Below, one piece after another: positions 1 to 9,769 of a stretch of DNA of 64,000 nt. Position numbers and translations under genes: made by a program. The notes beneath the pieces were generated by a model, which had not been told where the DNA came from, made no database searches, and worked only from the letters and a program-made list of their open reading frames with translations. Numbering within the stretch: the stretch's first letter is position 1; each line of letters begins with the position of its first letter. Source of the stretch: a virus; IMG/VR virus record IMGVR_UViG_3300025087_000054, positions 10,894 to 74,893 of that record; one strand, written 5' to 3'.

Positions 1-32
1 TTTTATTTAATACTAAATAAAAATTTTATCTC

Positions 33-2315
33 ATGTTTAAACTTTTAATCCCAATAATTAAATCAGTTAAAAGTGCTGATCGTAATGTACTTATCGTTGA
101 AGGTATTGCGTCAGATCCAACTATTGATAGGGACGAAGAAAGATTTAGTGAAGAGGCTGTTAAAAAAATGGCGGAGTCTGTTAATACAAAACAGATCCCA
201 ATACGTGTAGAACACGAAAATAAATTTTTTACGAATGTAGGTGTTTGGAAAACTGCGGAGATGGTGGGGGATAAGTTAAGAGTTACTGGTGAGATTGATT
301 TAGACATGTCTTTAGGTAAAGACATACAAGTAGTTTTAAATAAAGGATTGGGTATAGCGTTATCAGTTGGTGGGAGGGTTTTAGATGCAAGTATTGAATA
401 TGCACAAGATTTGGGCAAATCAATACGTGTATATAAGGACATGATATTAGATGAAATATCAGTAGTTTTAAATGCATCAAATAAATCGGCAACTTTGGCG
501 ATTGCTAAGTCGTACGATCCAGATAAACGGCAAGAAACCGCTGAGGCACAAGTATTAGCAGAAACAACAAAACAACTAATAGAAAAAACAGAAAATGAGG
601 TGGATATACGTAAAAGTATATTGCCTTTTTTAATTGTACGTAATAAGAATATAAAGGCGGAGAAAGCAACAATGGAGGAGTTAATGTCAGTAATGTCGGG
701 TGTATTTGAACGTGGGGTAACAAAATTTTGGGATGATGAGGTATGTAGTGAATATTGTTGTGAAGAAAAGCACGAATTAACACAAGAGGATATAGATTTA
801 ATTTGTTTGATAGTTAGAATAATGCAGGATATTGATGTATCTGAGGTGGTTAAACCAATTGCGTTAGAGGATTGGGATTTTGTGGGTAAATTGCCAGAAG
901 AGAGTTTTGTAACAAGTTTAGACGGAAAATGGTTTCCGCATCATAATGCTGATTTTACTATTAATATGGAATGGCTAACTTATTGGTTAGCACATTTAGT
1001 TTCAGGAGCGGAAACTTGGCTTAGTCCTGAACAGTATGCGTTAGCATTAGATCATTTATATCATCATTTTAAATACATTACTATGGACAAAAAAATTAAA
1101 GCAGATGTCTCAAAGTCTGAGGCTACAAAGGCTGAAATGACTGGTGCAGAGACTGGCGAGTTATTTACTAAAGAGGTGGTTAGCTTAATGCAATCATCTT
1201 ACGAATTTTATGTAAATAAAAGTGGGGAAAGGCCACAAGTGGACGGTAATGACTTGTCCAATACAGAGGTTAAAAGATTAGCGGAAGCGTATAGAACATA
1301 TACAACACGTAAAAGAGCACAGGAAACAGAAGGAGCTAAATTATTAAAACAACTTTGTCCAGATAGTCAGCCAGAACAGGTTACTAAGGACGAAATTTTA
1401 TCTACTAACGAAACGATTATGAAAGCAAAAGCAAAACCAGCTATGGATGCTAAAGCTACGGCAAAAAAACCAGTGATGGATGAAAAAATGACAAAAACTG
1501 AGGAAGTAAAAGAAGAGATTGCAGTTACGAAGGAAGGAGAAGAAGCACAAGTTGAAAATAAAGAGCCTGAAAAGGCAAAAGACGGTTCAGAGGAAGACGC
1601 TGAAAAAGCGGAAAAATCTGAGGCAGATGCGTCTATAAAAAAGGAAGCCGATACAGAAGATGCACCAGCAGACGGTACAGAATCTGAAAAACCATCTTTG
1701 GAAGAGTCTACAGAAACAAAAAAATCTGAGGACGAAGATGAAGATGCGGAATCCGAAGACACCGAAGAGGTGGAAGAGGATGGTGTTGAAAAAGCAGTTA
1801 AGGAACAGGTTACTAAAGCAATTGAGGCAATCAAAATTGAATTGGCAAAAACTGTTGCAGAACAAATTGCGGAAGTAGTTAAGCAGGCTACAGAATCAGC
1901 TACAAAAATCATAGAGGGAAAAATGGCTGATTTAACAAAACAGTTTCAGCCTAAGATTGACAGTTTAAATAAAGATTTTACTGATTTGAGGGCAAGTGTG
2001 TCTCAGTCAGCGGAAACTTTAACTAAGTCAACGAAGGAAGAAACGGACAGATTTGCTAAAGTGGAGGGGAGTTTAGAAAAAATAACAAACACCATTGAAG
2101 TATTTGGTAAATCCGTATTAGGACGTAAAAGTGTAGCATCAGCTGAAATACGCAAAGCATTTGTACAAGATATTGTTGCAAAGGGAGATAGTAAAGATTT
2201 AACGGTTGGGCAACAAATTGATTCTTTAGTAGCAAAATTTGTTGATGAGGACAAAATGTTATGGCGAGATGCGTACTCAAAAGCAAAAAAGCAGGTATAT
2301 GCTATTGAAGAATAG
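33..2315 (+). CDS. Prohead protease (HK97-type) fused to acidic coiled-coil scaffold
   Basis: N-terminal VEGIAS..DRDEE..VEH..LSVGG..LDEISVV..ASN protease motifs; long E/K/D-rich C-terminal region; directly upstream of capsid gene. Confidence 0.85.
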   Translation: MFKLLIPIIKSVKSADRNVLIVEGIASDPTIDRDEERFSEEAVKKMAESVNTKQIPIRVEHENKFFTNVGVWKTAEMVGDKLRVTGEIDLDMSLGKDIQVVLNKGLGIALSVGGRVLDASIEYAQDLGKSIRVYKDMILDEISVVLNASNKSATLAIAKSYDPDKRQETAEAQVLAETTKQLIEKTENEVDIRKSILPFLIVRNKNIKAEKATMEELMSVMSGVFERGVTKFWDDEVCSEYCCEEKHELTQEDIDLICLIVRIMQDIDVSEVVKPIALEDWDFVGKLPEESFVTSLDGKWFPHHNADFTINMEWLTYWLAHLVSGAETWLSPEQYALALDHLYHHFKYITMDKKIKADVSKSEATKAEMTGAETGELFTKEVVSLMQSSYEFYVNKSGERPQVDGNDLSNTEVKRLAEAYRTYTTRKRAQETEGAKLLKQLCPDSQPEQVTKDEILSTNETIMKAKAKPAMDAKATAKKPVMDEKMTKTEEVKEEIAVTKEGEEAQVENKEPEKAKDGSEEDAEKAEKSEADASIKKEADTEDAPADGTESEKPSLEESTETKKSEDEDEDAESEDTEEVEEDGVEKAVKEQVTKAIEAIKIELAKTVAEQIAEVVKQATESATKIIEGKMADLTKQFQPKIDSLNKDFTDLRASVSQSAETLTKSTKEETDRFAKVEGSLEKITNTIEVFGKSVLGRKSVASAEIRKAFVQDIVAKGDSKDLTVGQQIDSLVAKFVDEDKMLWRDAYSKAKKQVYAIEE

Positions 2316-2351
2316 CAAGTTATTTATTAACAATTTAAAAATTTAATTTTT

Positions 2352-3317
2352 ATGGACATACAAAAAACATTAGAAAAAGTTGAAAAAACTTTGTCTACTC
2401 CTACATATATTGAAGGGGCGATACTAACAAGAGAAAATCTTGCCGCAGGTATTACTCGTTTAACAGATAAGGAAACACCTATCAGGGATATGTTAACTCG
2501 TAAAAAAGGTAGCGGTTTAGCAGCATCTTGGAATGTACTTACAGCAATTGGTACAGGCAACTCACCATTTGCGGAAGGAGGTACACCAACAGAAGATGAC
2601 GCAACTTACGCAAGATCAAGTGCGGTCTACAAAGAACTTGGTAAAACAAAAAGTGTTACCGATAAAATGTTGGCGGCTGGTAAAGACTTTATTGATCAAG
2701 AAGCAGAGCAAACAGAGGTAGCTATGCGTGAAGTAATCCAGGACGAAGAACAGCTTATCATAACAGGAGATACAGGGTCATCAGCTTTGGAATTTGATGG
2801 TATGCGTACACTTATTACAACTAATGTAATAGATGACGCAAATGATTCTGCTGGGTTCCGATCGGACTTGTTAGATCAAGCAATTGAAACGTTATTAGAC
2901 ACTTATTCAGTCAGACCTACAGTTATTTGGGTGGGTTATGCAATGAAAAGAGCAATCAATCAATCATTGGCTGGTGATGTAAGAGTGAATCTGGATCAAG
3001 GTAATTTAGTATCTACAGGTGTTGAGGTAGGTAGCTATCAATCAATGGTAGGTAAAATCCCTTTTGTTGCATCTTATGCAATTGCAAAAGACAGTGATAC
3101 TTATTCAGCTACACAAAATGCAGTATCAGATATTTATGTTATTACTCAAAAGACAAAAGGACAGGATGTCATTTATATGGAGGATTTATATGGAATGGGA
3201 AAAAGCAAACTAGACCGAACAGGAGCGGCAATCAAGTTTATGATAACTGAATGTACAGTTCTTGTTTGTAGAGCTGAACAGTTCAACGTAAGAATAGCTA
3301 ATGTACAAGTTGAATAA
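2352..3317 (+). CDS. Major capsid protein
   Basis: 321 aa after protease/scaffold; ETPIRDML, FAEGG, LIITGD..EFDG motifs typical of HK97-fold capsids. Confidence 0.85.
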   Translation: MDIQKTLEKVEKTLSTPTYIEGAILTRENLAAGITRLTDKETPIRDMLTRKKGSGLAASWNVLTAIGTGNSPFAEGGTPTEDDATYARSSAVYKELGKTKSVTDKMLAAGKDFIDQEAEQTEVAMREVIQDEEQLIITGDTGSSALEFDGMRTLITTNVIDDANDSAGFRSDLLDQAIETLLDTYSVRPTVIWVGYAMKRAINQSLAGDVRVNLDQGNLVSTGVEVGSYQSMVGKIPFVASYAIAKDSDTYSATQNAVSDIYVITQKTKGQDVIYMEDLYGMGKSKLDRTGAAIKFMITECTVLVCRAEQFNVRIANVQVE

Positions 3318-3345
3318 TTTGCACATTAAATAATTGTTCAGTTCA

Positions 3346-3470
3346 AGCCAATGCCCTTAATTACGTAATACTCAAAGGCAACCCCGATGAGTGAGCGAAT
3401 ATAGAGCATTGGCTAAAAAATTAGGTACTATAGGATTTATTCCTATGTGGGTAATGCCCACGTATTTAAT
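3346..3470 (+). ncRNA. Candidate structured intergenic RNA (long hairpin plus three-way junction)
   Basis: agccaatgc 3346-3354 / gcattggct 3406-3414 enclosing actca/tgagt; attaggtac 3420-3428 / gtatttaat 3462-3470 enclosing two small hairpins. Confidence 0.45.
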
Positions 3471-3489
3471 ACTTAAAATCTTAATTAAT

Positions 3490-4401
3490 ATGGGAAAAGA
3501 AAAATTATTGTCCAAGACACTTGGGCAAATCAAAAAAGGATACGGATATGATACCCCTTTGGGTAAATGTCCAATGTATCAGGAAATGAAGAATGTAGCA
3601 ACAGCTAGTTCCACTAGTGTGTTGGCGGCTACTACATTAGCAAATGGTGTGGAATCTGTAGTAACAGAGAATATTACTGATCCGTTACATTATAGGAATT
3701 TACGTGTAGTAGGTGGCAGTGCTAAAGTAGCTCAAGTTAATACATTAACGGTAGGTGGTACTTTTGAAGTAGGGGATATATTTTCAGTTACTATTAATGG
3801 GCATCAGGTAGTACACACGGTAGTAACAGAAGATACAGATAACGCTGGTATTGCTACAGCATTAAAAACATTAATAGATGCGTTGGCTGATTCAGCATAT
3901 ACTTGCTCAAGATCAAGTAATGTATTGACATTAACTGCGGCAGTGGCAGGGGTAGCGTTTACAGTTACCGCAAATAATGCAACTAATGGTGGATCAACTA
4001 ATGATCAAACTTTTGTTAAGGTTGAAACTGTTGCCAATGTAGTGGGTACAAATGGTGTTGTAACAATCAAAGGTAGAGACTGGGCAGGAAGACGTATTGC
4101 TGAACAATTAACTTTGAATGGGGCAACTGTAGTAGTAGGTAATATACCATTTATGAGTGTTTATGAAATTACTTTACCAGCTAGATCAGTATCGGGCGAT
4201 ACCGTGTCAGTCGGTTGCGGTGATAAATTAGGTTTATATAGACCAATACGAGTTACAGCAGATGTATTAAGTGTAAGATTAGGTGATTATTCAGAGGAAA
4301 CAATAGCGGCAGTGGGAGCGTCTTATGGTACAGTAACACCAACAAATGTGCCAAATAATACTAGGGATTATAATGTAAGTTATTTGACTTATTTAGTTTA
4401 A
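3490..4401 (+). CDS. Putative head decoration/virion structural protein
   Basis: Follows capsid gene; Thr/Val/Gly-rich beta composition; ATG 3490 after an AT-rich leader preferred over GTG 3391. Confidence 0.6.
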   Translation: MGKEKLLSKTLGQIKKGYGYDTPLGKCPMYQEMKNVATASSTSVLAATTLANGVESVVTENITDPLHYRNLRVVGGSAKVAQVNTLTVGGTFEVGDIFSVTINGHQVVHTVVTEDTDNAGIATALKTLIDALADSAYTCSRSSNVLTLTAAVAGVAFTVTANNATNGGSTNDQTFVKVETVANVVGTNGVVTIKGRDWAGRRIAEQLTLNGATVVVGNIPFMSVYEITLPARSVSGDTVSVGCGDKLGLYRPIRVTADVLSVRLGDYSEETIAAVGASYGTVTPTNVPNNTRDYNVSYLTYLV

Positions 4402-4434
4402 AAACTTTACTAATGAAGAAAGGCTGGTTATAAT
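4399..4434 (+). promoter_or_regulatory. Variant of the repeated phage promoter
   Basis: AAAAAC-TTTACT(4406)-17 nt-TATAAT(4429). Confidence 0.5.
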
Positions 4435-4450
4435 ACAACCAGCCTTTTTT
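4419..4450 (+). terminator. Rho-independent terminator
   Basis: aaaggctggtt-loop-aaccagccttt followed by T tract. Confidence 0.8.
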
Positions 4451-4470
4451 ATTATATAAAAATTTTTATT

Positions 4471-4821
4471 ATGAAATTTATTCGTGTGAAAAGTGCATAT
4501 AAAAACATGAGATTAAATACGCCATTTGGGGTAGTGCAGTTTAAAGATGGGTTTGGGATTGTGGCAGAGGAATTTGTAAGTAGATTGAGTTCAGCGTATA
4601 AAATCATAGGAGATGCCACTGAAAAAGAGGTACAGGAGGTTTATGATATTAAAGAGAAAAAAGAGGACACGGTTGTGGAGAAAGAACCCGTATTAAATAA
4701 CGATCCGCAGATAACTTTTGATAACATAAGCGAAGATACAATTACTGTAGTAAATGACAGTAATAATGGATTAGTAGCTGATCCAATTATTAATGAAGAG
4801 GTACAAGTTGAAAATAAATAG
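4471..4821 (+). CDS. Hypothetical head-module protein
   Basis: 116 aa ORF with AT-rich leader; position. Confidence 0.6.
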   Translation: MKFIRVKSAYKNMRLNTPFGVVQFKDGFGIVAEEFVSRLSSAYKIIGDATEKEVQEVYDIKEKKEDTVVEKEPVLNNDPQITFDNISEDTITVVNDSNNGLVADPIINEEVQVENK

Positions 4822-4877
4822 TAGATAAGATATTAATAATTAAGTATACTATTTTTGGATATATTAATTTTTAGTCT

Positions 4878-5537
4878 ATGGCTTATGTAACTACAGATGA
4901 GATCAGAGAATCTAAGGTTGGCTTTGATTTTACAAATTATGAGGATAGTTTGTTAGAACTGTTGGAAACAGTAGCGGTCGATTTAATTGAAAAGCATACA
5001 AATAGGATTTTTGGGGCGGGTGCTTATACAGATAATGGGTCGTCAATTATAGATTATGAGGGTAGATTATTAATCAAATTTAAAAATTACCCTGTAGACG
5101 CAATAACAGATGTCCAGGTATGGGTAACAGGAATGTCAGATAAAATAGCTTTGAATACGGATAATATAGCTTTATTTACAAATTATGCTTATGTCCCAAC
5201 AGCTATAGGTGATGTTGCTGAAGATGCTTATCCCTCAAGGATAGTATCTTTGCGATCAAAATTATTTTATCAGGTTACGTATTCAGTAGTCGAAGATGTT
5301 CCAGAGACAGTGAAAAGGGCTGTTTGCATGGTGGTAGCAAATTTATTAAAAGCCGATTATTACGCACAAGAGGCGGGCATGTCGGGATCAGAGGATGGCG
5401 TGTCCAGTTTCAAAAGTGGGGAATACGAGGTAAAATTTAATAAACCATCAACGGAAAATGTATCTGATTCGTTATTAACAAATACAGTGAAGGTGTTGCT
5501 TAGGGCATATACAAATGTTGGGATAAGTATTGCATAA
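4878..5537 (+). CDS. Head-tail connector/adaptor (gp6/gp15-like)
   Basis: MAYVT start, IEKHTNRIF, VPETVKRAVC motifs; position. Confidence 0.7.
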   Translation: MAYVTTDEIRESKVGFDFTNYEDSLLELLETVAVDLIEKHTNRIFGAGAYTDNGSSIIDYEGRLLIKFKNYPVDAITDVQVWVTGMSDKIALNTDNIALFTNYAYVPTAIGDVAEDAYPSRIVSLRSKLFYQVTYSVVEDVPETVKRAVCMVVANLLKADYYAQEAGMSGSEDGVSSFKSGEYEVKFNKPSTENVSDSLLTNTVKVLLRAYTNVGISIA

Positions 5538-5543
5538 AAAGAT

Positions 5544-5599
5544 TTAACAAATATTTAATATAGTGTATAATATTAAGGCATTACCTTAATAATGAAACT
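5544..5599 (+). promoter_or_regulatory. Promoter plus hairpin upstream of inserted membrane gene
   Basis: TTAACA(5544)-16 nt-TATAAT(5566); attaagg/ccttaat inverted repeat. Confidence 0.45.
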
Positions 5600-5604
5600 A
5601 TTAT

Positions 5605-5892
5605 ATGATTATGATTGCAATATATATACTGTATTGTTATGTAATCCTACATATTGTGCAGGAGGTTAGATTAATAATTTACGAAATAAAGGAAGCACAA
5701 TATAAGGAAAATAGTTTCCTTACGGTTAGGCATAAAAAAGAGCATTTAATTATGTTAATAATACTATTTTGTTTTTTAACGGTATCCGTTATATTAACAC
5801 CGCAAGATAGCGGTATAGTTGCTATATTAGGATTAGTGCTTGGTTTGATACTAATAGGTCATTTTGAGGATGAGAGATATGGTCGTTTATAA
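5605..5892 (+). CDS. Small multi-pass membrane protein (moron-like)
   Basis: Three hydrophobic segments; own promoter. Confidence 0.6.
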   Translation: MIMIAIYILYCYVILHIVQEVRLIIYEIKEAQYKENSFLTVRHKKEHLIMLIILFCFLTVSVILTPQDSGIVAILGLVLGLILIGHFEDERYGRL

Positions 5893-5911
5893 TTTAATTA
5901 TATTTTATATA

Positions 5912-6541
5912 ATGTTATCAATCCCAGGTATAGGTGAGGTAAATTACGGATTAGTTGCGGAAAATGTATTAGCCGCGGTAATATTATTGCCTTTAATATG
6001 GTATCTAATGAGAACACAACGAATGGATTTTAGGGAAGCAATGAAGGGTTTTTTGGAAGGACAACAAGCAATAATTAAGGCTATAAAAATTGAGGGCTTA
6101 CGTACACGAAGAGCAATAGGGCATACAGTATTAAATGAAGAGCAAACCGCCAAATTATTACAGGAAAAAATGTGGTATGTATCACAACAAAAATTAGATT
6201 ATATTAAGGAGGTATTAGTAAATAATCATCTGGAGGATAGAGAGGAGCAAGTAAAACGCAAAGTAGAGACAGAGTTAATAAGATTATCTGGATTATATGT
6301 ATCAGATATGAATGCGTTTGTAACACCCATAGGGGAACTGGGTACTTGGGTTAGGGAAAATTTAGATATGAAATCGTTTTTAGTCGAGGTATTTGCAATA
6401 ATATTTAGGAAACAGACGGGTAATTTTAGTCGGGAGGAGAACATAAATGTTAAATTATCTGATTTATCGGTTTTAATGAAAAGTGTTCAAAATAGATTAG
6501 TTGACGAATTAAAACAATTTATGGACAATGGGAGTAATTAA
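5912..6541 (+). CDS. Membrane-anchored helical protein (holin-like N-terminus)
   Basis: One N-terminal TM segment (VLAAVILLPLIWYLM) then helical soluble domain; ATG 5912 preferred. Confidence 0.55.
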   Translation: MLSIPGIGEVNYGLVAENVLAAVILLPLIWYLMRTQRMDFREAMKGFLEGQQAIIKAIKIEGLRTRRAIGHTVLNEEQTAKLLQEKMWYVSQQKLDYIKEVLVNNHLEDREEQVKRKVETELIRLSGLYVSDMNAFVTPIGELGTWVRENLDMKSFLVEVFAIIFRKQTGNFSREENINVKLSDLSVLMKSVQNRLVDELKQFMDNGSN

Positions 6542-6556
6542 TAATTATATTAATAT

Positions 6557-7195
6557 ATGTTAGGAGCTACTGTAAATGGGAGTACACAACGCATAGTATC
6601 GGATGTATACACAGATAATATAGTGTCTTTTAAGTTTGGTATTGACCCATTAAAAAATAAGACATTACGTGCAGTTACCGAATATAGAACTAGGAGTATG
6701 CACTTAGGTAATATAGTGTACTGTAATATATTAGATATAAAAGTGGCCGATAGATTAACAAACGAGGATGATAGTAAAACTTATGTAGTTTTAGCTGTAC
6801 CAGAACATAAACGAGGATTGGGTAATCATATGGAGTTAGTTGTAAGACAGATAGCGTCAGATTTACACGAAACAGTTAATCGCAAAATATTATCAGTAAC
6901 ACAGACATATTATGATCCTATATTATTAGAATATAGCGGTGCAAAAAGTTGGGAAGAGTCCGACTTATCTGTATTATTAGACCCGATTGAGCAGGCAAAA
7001 GAGCATTTTATTCAGATTGTTGAAGGGGGTAAATTAGATAAAGTCGATTATATTATGACAGTAGATTTACCAACAAGTATAGATGTGGGTGAAAAATTTG
7101 ATTATAAAGATATTGAGTATGATGTCATGTGGGTTATACCACAACCTTTTCAGACATTGGTAGGCATAAAAAAATCAGTTACTAATTATTTTTAG
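6557..7195 (+). CDS. Putative head-closure protein
   Basis: Neck-module position; two similar beta-rich halves. Confidence 0.5.
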   Translation: MLGATVNGSTQRIVSDVYTDNIVSFKFGIDPLKNKTLRAVTEYRTRSMHLGNIVYCNILDIKVADRLTNEDDSKTYVVLAVPEHKRGLGNHMELVVRQIASDLHETVNRKILSVTQTYYDPILLEYSGAKSWEESDLSVLLDPIEQAKEHFIQIVEGGKLDKVDYIMTVDLPTSIDVGEKFDYKDIEYDVMWVIPQPFQTLVGIKKSVTNYF

Positions 7196-7197
7196 TA

Positions 7198-7692
7198 ATG
7201 GCTAATTTTACGACATTTGGGCAGTTTGCCACATATTTAAGGGGTGTACAAAAATCTTTGCCTAAATTACAGGAGAGTGCTTTAGTGGCGATTGGTAAAT
7301 ATATTCGAGACACAATAAAAGCTAAGCACGGTGTGAAACAGTCTGGTTGGCCAAAAGGGATGTCAAAAACGCCACTGAAAAAAACAGGTGAATTGGCTGG
7401 GGCGGTTCAATATATTGCAACAAAAGAACAAGCCCGTATTTTTTCGACAAAATCTTGGTTGGCAATAATACATGAATACGGTATAACTATGCGTATGACA
7501 GATAAGCAACGAAAATACTTATTTGGTGTAGTATTAGCAGAGACTCCTTTGCCATCAGGTAAGCCTAAGTCAGGGTGGGGTACTGGCATGATTACAATAC
7601 CAGCCAGACCAATTTGGAGAACAATTTTACAGAAAGAACAAGGTAAGGTACAATCCATAGCAGATAGGTTTTTAACTCAATTATTTGTTTAA
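7198..7692 (+). CDS. Virion morphogenesis/tail-completion protein (Mu gpG-like)
   Basis: PLKKTGEL, AIIHEYG, TIPARP motifs. Confidence 0.75.
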   Translation: MANFTTFGQFATYLRGVQKSLPKLQESALVAIGKYIRDTIKAKHGVKQSGWPKGMSKTPLKKTGELAGAVQYIATKEQARIFSTKSWLAIIHEYGITMRMTDKQRKYLFGVVLAETPLPSGKPKSGWGTGMITIPARPIWRTILQKEQGKVQSIADRFLTQLFV

Positions 7693-7693
7693 T

Positions 7694-8326
7694 ATGGCAT
7701 TTGAATCTTGCCCAGAGGATCGGTTTATGTCTAATGTGCTAAAAACTTGGCTCATGTTATTACGTGAAGATACTGGTTTTAGTGGCGTGCATATTACGCC
7801 AAAATCGCCCGACGAAGATAAAGCATTTACTTTACCGTGTGTTGTACTAAAAAGAGTAGGTGAGGACTCATGGAATTTAGCCAGATTAAGTGGCTATTTT
7901 AGGGAACAAGATAATGAGGAAGATACCACACAATTGGATGTATTACGAGGATATACGTATAGGGCTATGTATCAGTTTGATATTTTGGCAACAACTAACA
8001 ATAAAATTAATGAATTAAGCACGAAATTAAATAACATATTAAAATCTGGCGATGATTCAGATATATTTGTGGATGGGGAAGGACCAAAAATGACTGTAAT
8101 AACATTAAAAGACTTTGCAGATTCAGGAAGTATAGATTATACTGAAACTGATCTTTTAATAAAATTTAAGTATTGGCGGGACGTATCGGGTAATGATGTT
8201 AAAACATTTGATCCTGAATTACTGCAATACTCAATAAGTGTAGGTTTTTGGGTAGATTATTTGCAGGCAAATACTTACCCAAAACTTGCAAGTGTAGGAT
8301 ATACTGCTACACTAAGTGAGGAATAA
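7694..8326 (+). CDS. Putative tail terminator
   Basis: Just upstream of sheath; LPCVVL and YQFDIL motifs. Confidence 0.55.
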   Translation: MAFESCPEDRFMSNVLKTWLMLLREDTGFSGVHITPKSPDEDKAFTLPCVVLKRVGEDSWNLARLSGYFREQDNEEDTTQLDVLRGYTYRAMYQFDILATTNNKINELSTKLNNILKSGDDSDIFVDGEGPKMTVITLKDFADSGSIDYTETDLLIKFKYWRDVSGNDVKTFDPELLQYSISVGFWVDYLQANTYPKLASVGYTATLSEE

Positions 8327-8372
8327 AATAATAAGATTATATATTTTTATTAAAATTTAATTTTTAACTAAT

Positions 8373-9725
8373 ATGACAAACGTAAAAGTGCCTCATATCT
8401 CGGTAACTGAGACTGCTCAGTCATTACCAGTACCACAACGTAATCAGGTGGTAATAGGTATAATTGGTATATCTGAGACTGCGGGGGCGGATATTTTAAA
8501 TATCGTTCAGGAGATTACATCAGTATCGCAGGCCGAAGGCATTTTTGGAGATAATACTGCTTATGATGCAGATTTAATTAAAATGATTAAAGTGGCTTTT
8601 GCGGAAGGGGCTAGTAAGATAAAAGCTGTTACTATAGGTATACCAACACGTGATGCATCTACGAGTAGTACTCAAGGTACTTTGACTGGTAATGTGGATG
8701 TTGGGGATAATACTTTTGAGGTAGCGTTAGCTACTATATATGCAGATAATGATGTTATTTATGTAGGTACGGGATCAAGTTATAAGTATGAAGAAAGACA
8801 TATTGTTAATGGAACACCAGCGTCGGGTACTACAGTTACGATAGACGGTACATTTGAGTTTGCTCATTATATAGGTGAGATGGCAAATGTAATTACTGAA
8901 AAAGCATCGACAGATTATGCTACAGCAATTACAGCTATGGAAGAGGATGAAGAAAAAGCAATAGTTATTTGTCAGTTAAATGACGATACTACAGCAGGGT
9001 TAATCAAGACAATGTGTGATAATTCATTGTTAAACTTTAACACTCCTTGTGTATATATAAGGGCACCTGAATTTGCGGAAGCAGAATCGGACGTAAGAAC
9101 AAATGCTACAGCACATAACTCAAGTAGGATTTTATGTATGTGGCCAAGATTGATTGATTTTAACGGAAGAACATACCGACCAGGCGAAAATTCAGCGGCA
9201 TTGGCGGGCGTAATTGCAAATAATAATTTGCCAAAATTAAATCATAATTTTAGCGAGTTTAGTACAGTTGGGGCAGTTACTGCAAAAATATCTAATATGG
9301 ATACTGATATATCTGCGGGGGTTACTCCAATACAGTTAAAATACGGTACTATACACATAGTAAGACTAGTTACAACTTATGTAACAAAAGATGGCGTGCC
9401 AGATACAACATGGCAGGAAGGATCAGTTAGGTTGAATGTTGATTATATAATTAAAGATATAACATCAATGGTTCAGACTAAATTTATGCAAAAAGGTAAT
9501 ACTATTACTACACGAAGAGCGATTAAAGAGGAAATAAAGGCAAGATTAGCTAAATTTGAATCGTCTGAAATATTAGTTGCAGATGAAAGAACAGGCACAC
9601 CAGCATATAAAGACCCTGTAGTGGTGCAGAATGCCGATGATGCTACACAAGCAGATGTATCAATCGAGTTAAGTCCAGGAAAACCATTAAACTTTATTAC
9701 AGTAGCGTTTAATGTGTATTTATAA
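8373..9725 (+). CDS. Contractile tail sheath protein
   Basis: 450 aa; PHISVTE start, VIGIIG, AEGIFG, C-terminal PGKPLNFITVAF. Confidence 0.9.
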   Translation: MTNVKVPHISVTETAQSLPVPQRNQVVIGIIGISETAGADILNIVQEITSVSQAEGIFGDNTAYDADLIKMIKVAFAEGASKIKAVTIGIPTRDASTSSTQGTLTGNVDVGDNTFEVALATIYADNDVIYVGTGSSYKYEERHIVNGTPASGTTVTIDGTFEFAHYIGEMANVITEKASTDYATAITAMEEDEEKAIVICQLNDDTTAGLIKTMCDNSLLNFNTPCVYIRAPEFAEAESDVRTNATAHNSSRILCMWPRLIDFNGRTYRPGENSAALAGVIANNNLPKLNHNFSEFSTVGAVTAKISNMDTDISAGVTPIQLKYGTIHIVRLVTTYVTKDGVPDTTWQEGSVRLNVDYIIKDITSMVQTKFMQKGNTITTRRAIKEEIKARLAKFESSEILVADERTGTPAYKDPVVVQNADDATQADVSIELSPGKPLNFITVAFNVYL

Positions 9726-9769
9726 GATTTATAAATACTTTAACTTTTATTATTTAAAATTATAAAATT

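Noticed and set aside
3383-3400. ccgatgag...cgaa as a hammerhead ribozyme core
   Set aside because: Does not match CUGANGA/GAAA and the required stems were not found
3391-3489. N-terminal extensions given by the ORF track (3391, 5864, 20162, 33831, 38445, 42047)
   Set aside because: They run through structured or overlapping sequence; downstream ATGs have the typical AT-rich leader
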